A stretch of DNA of 35,734 nucleotides from Acidimicrobiaceae bacterium (GTDB lineage Bacteria; Actinomycetota; Acidimicrobiia; Acidimicrobiales; Ilumatobacteraceae). The stretch is from positions 1 to 35,734 of the forward strand of contig JANNFQ010000670.1 of NCBI GenBank assembly GCA_031380045.1, given 5' to 3'. The notes beneath the pieces are model-generated. The model saw only the letters and a program-made list of their open reading frames with translations. It was not told the DNA's origin and did not search any database. Made by a program: the position numbers and the translations under genes. This document shows, piece by piece, positions 33,807 to 35,734 of this stretch. Numbering within the stretch: position 1 is the first letter of the stretch; every line of letters begins with the position of its first letter.

Positions 33807-35297
33807 CTCGAGGCGGACGAGGAGCTCGGCCGCTGTGTCGCTCTGATCGATCAAGCTAGCCACGTGGTCGGCAGTACCGCGCAACGGTTCCATCATCGGC
33901 ACCCGCCGCAACGGGTCGCGGCCCACGTCGAACACCAGTGAGTCCCAGTTTGCGGCCACGATGTCGGCAGGCCACTTGGCCAGGCAGCGGCCACGGAAGT
34001 AGGCCCGTGTGGTGGTGGGCGGCTGGGTCATGGCTCGCCGGACGGCGTCGGCGGCGGCCAACGTCTGCAGACCGACACGCGACGCCAGACACTTGTCGGG
34101 GCGCATGTCGTGGTACTGCAGATCCAGCGCCTTCAGCCGGGCATCACCTGGCTTCAGCCCGTGCCGGTCGGCGAAGCCCAGCACCACTCGCTGCTTGGCC
34201 ACCCAGTCGACCACATCGCTGACGCTGTCGGGATCGTGTTCCAGCCCGGTCAGCACCGCTTCCCAACGACGCAACACGTCGGCGCCGACGCTCTCGCCCA
34301 CCGACTCGAGCCCGTGCGAACGCTCGTACTTGCGGGCCCGTTCCAGCAGGCTCCACTGCACCTCCATGGCCGTGGCCCGGCGCCCCGACCGCAGCAAGAT
34401 GGTGCGCTGCAACGTGGGATCGTGGCTGATCTGGCGGATGGCGCCCACGGGGTTGGCCAGCGCCAGATCGTCGCCCATGACATCGTCTTCGATCATGGCC
34501 AGCACGATGGACGTGGCGCCCACCTTCAAGTAGGTGGCGACCTCGCTCATGTTGGCATCGCCAACGATCACGTGCAGGCGGCGGTACTTGGTGGCATCGC
34601 AGTGCGGCTCGTCGCGCGTGTTGACGATGGGCCGCTTCAGGGTGGTCTCCAGGCCGACCTCTTCTTCGAAGAAGTCGGCCCGCTGACTGATCTGATACGC
34701 GACCTCGTCGTGCGGCACACCGGGCAACTCGCAGCCCACCTTGCCGGCCCCGATCACGATCTGGCGCGTGACGAAGTGCGGTGTGACCTGATTGACGATG
34801 CGGCCGAACGGGGTCTCGCGGGCCAGCAGGTAGTTCTCGTGGCACCCGTAGCTGTTGCCCTTGCCATCGCTGTTGTTCTTGTGGCACAGGATCTCGGCGC
34901 CGTCGGGCAGCAGTTGCCGGGCCGCGGTCATGCTGGCGCGCACGATCTCTTCGGCTGCCCGGTCGAACACCACCACCTCGGCCGCATCACGGCACTCGGG
35001 CGTACTGACTTCCGGGTGCGCATGGTCGACGTAGTAGCGCGCCCCATTGGTCAGGACCGCGTTGACCAGATGCGTCTCGATGTCGGGCGCCAAAGCGTCG
35101 TCCAGGCTGAAGCCGCGGGCATCGTTGCCGGGCCGCTCGTCTTCGAAGTCCCAACCGATACGACCCACTCGATTGCGCGTGTGCGCATTGAGGTAGGCGT
35201 TGATGAGCAACGATGACGCCGACACCGGGTTGTTGTCGCCCCCACGCACGAGAATCCCGTACTCGGTCTCGATGCCGCAGACCTTGGGGATCGCCAT
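33801..35297 (-). CDS. dop: Pup deamidase/depupylase Dop
   Basis: MAIPKVCGIETEYGI, NGARYYVDHAHPEVSTPEC and NSYGCHENY. Confidence 0.93.
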   Translation of the reverse strand: MAIPKVCGIETEYGILVRGGDNNPVSASSLLINAYLNAHTRNRVGRIGWDFEDERPGNDARGFSLDDALAPDIETHLVNAVLTNGARYYVDHAHPEVSTPECRDAAEVVVFDRAAEEIVRASMTAARQLLPDGAEILCHKNNSDGKGNSYGCHENYLLARETPFGRIVNQVTPHFVTRQIVIGAGKVGCELPGVPHDEVAYQISQRADFFEEEVGLETTLKRPIVNTRDEPHCDATKYRRLHVIVGDANMSEVATYLKVGATSIVLAMIEDDVMGDDLALANPVGAIRQISHDPTLQRTILLRSGRRATAMEVQWSLLERARKYERSHGLESVGESVGADVLRRWEAVLTGLEHDPDSVSDVVDWVAKQRVVLGFADRHGLKPGDARLKALDLQYHDMRPDKCLASRVGLQTLAAADAVRRAMTQPPTTTRAYFRGRCLAKWPADIVAANWDSLVFDVGRDPLRRVPMMEPLRGTADHVASLIDQSDTAAELLVRLES

Positions 35298-35303
35298 GGC
35301 CGA

Positions 35304-35309
35304 ACCCTA
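35304..35309 (-). promoter_or_regulatory. Candidate -10 (TAGGGT) 6 nt upstream of the dop ATG at 35297
   Basis: Minus-strand reading of acccta. Confidence 0.35.
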
Positions 35310-35312
35310 TCT

Positions 35313-35348
35313 ACCGTTGGTCACGGAGACTCGGCGACCGTTGGTCAC
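35313..35348. repeat. 12-bp direct repeat ACCGTTGGTCAC x2, 24 bp start to start
   Basis: Copies at 35313-35324 and 35337-35348. The second copy overlaps the arc stop codon. The first lies just upstream of the candidate dop -10. Confidence 0.85.
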
Positions 35349-35734
35349 AGGTACTGACCGGTACCGACCCGCTCGATGGCTCGGCCACCCTCGCGATCGG
35401 CCAGCTCGCGGCCCTTGACCAAGGTGCGGATGAACACGATGCGTTCGCCCTTCTTGCCCGAGATCTTGGCCCAGTCATCGGGGTTGGTGGTGTTGGGCAG
35501 GTCCTCGTGCTCTTTGTACTCCTGGCGAATGCTGTCCAGCAGGTCTTGCGTGCACACGCCTCGCTCGCCGCCGGCGATGACCCGCTTGATGGCCAACTTC
35601 TTGGCTCGCCTGACGATGTTCTCGATCATCGCCCCCGACGAGAAGTCCTTGTAGTACAGGATCTCCTTGTCGCCGTTCTGGTAGGTGACTTCCAGGAACT
35701 GGTTGTCTTCGTCGTCGCGGTACATCTCGGCCAC
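35345..35734 (-). CDS. arc: Proteasome-associated AAA+ ATPase ARC/Mpa, C-terminal fragment (N-terminus outside the window)
   Basis: It ends ...[10 protein letters not shown], the GQYL proteasome-docking motif. The upstream AAA+ lid-like sequence runs off the window edge. Confidence 0.9.
   Translation of the reverse strand: MAEMYRDDEDNQFLEVTYQNGDKEILYYKDFSSGAMIENIVRRAKKLAIKRVIAGGERGVCTQDLLDSIRQEYKEHEDLPNTTNPDDWAKISGKKGERIVFIRTLVKGRELADREGGRAIERVGTGQYL

Overview
High-GC actinobacterial chromosome segment. The G+C content was judged by eye, and the lineage guess (Acidimicrobiia-like) is inference only. I support about 38 densely packed protein-coding genes. Nine gene pairs share a 4-nt ATGA/GTGA start-stop overlap and one shares a 1-nt overlap. 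I found no rRNA, tRNA, CRISPR array, transposase or integrase. The right third (26.1-35.7 kb, minus strand) is a Pup-proteasome locus in the order arc/mpa (3' end only), dop, pup, prcB, prcA. It is followed without a real gap by pxpA-pxpB-pxpC (5-oxoprolinase), then pafA, a DUF3866-like gene and lepB, then a tatB-like gene, tatC and helY. The canonical pafB/pafC pair is absent from its usual slot. That altered architecture and the uncharacterised gene coupled to pafA are the most interesting items, but this is not a clear-cut new system. The middle of the window carries a long two-domain thyX, DUF4193, a GNAT, an M20 amidohydrolase, an MDR dehydrogenase, two crotonases, rbsK, prmA, a gamma-carbonic-anhydrase-like protein and a 621-aa repeat-rich protein. 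The left end carries WhiB, a kinase-fold protein and a threonine aldolase. It also has an acyl-CoA-dehydrogenase/TetR pair divergent from a NicD-like hydrolase/NicX-like dioxygenase pair, with a clear operator array between them. Further left are an ECF sigma factor and a minus-strand ORF of about 565 codons (1..1697) that the supplied ORF track omits. Recurrent themes are short perfect tandem repeats, both in-frame and intergenic, and TANNNT hexamers 6-8 nt upstream of start codons, which suggest leaderless mRNAs. All family names come from motif recognition by eye. No database search was run.
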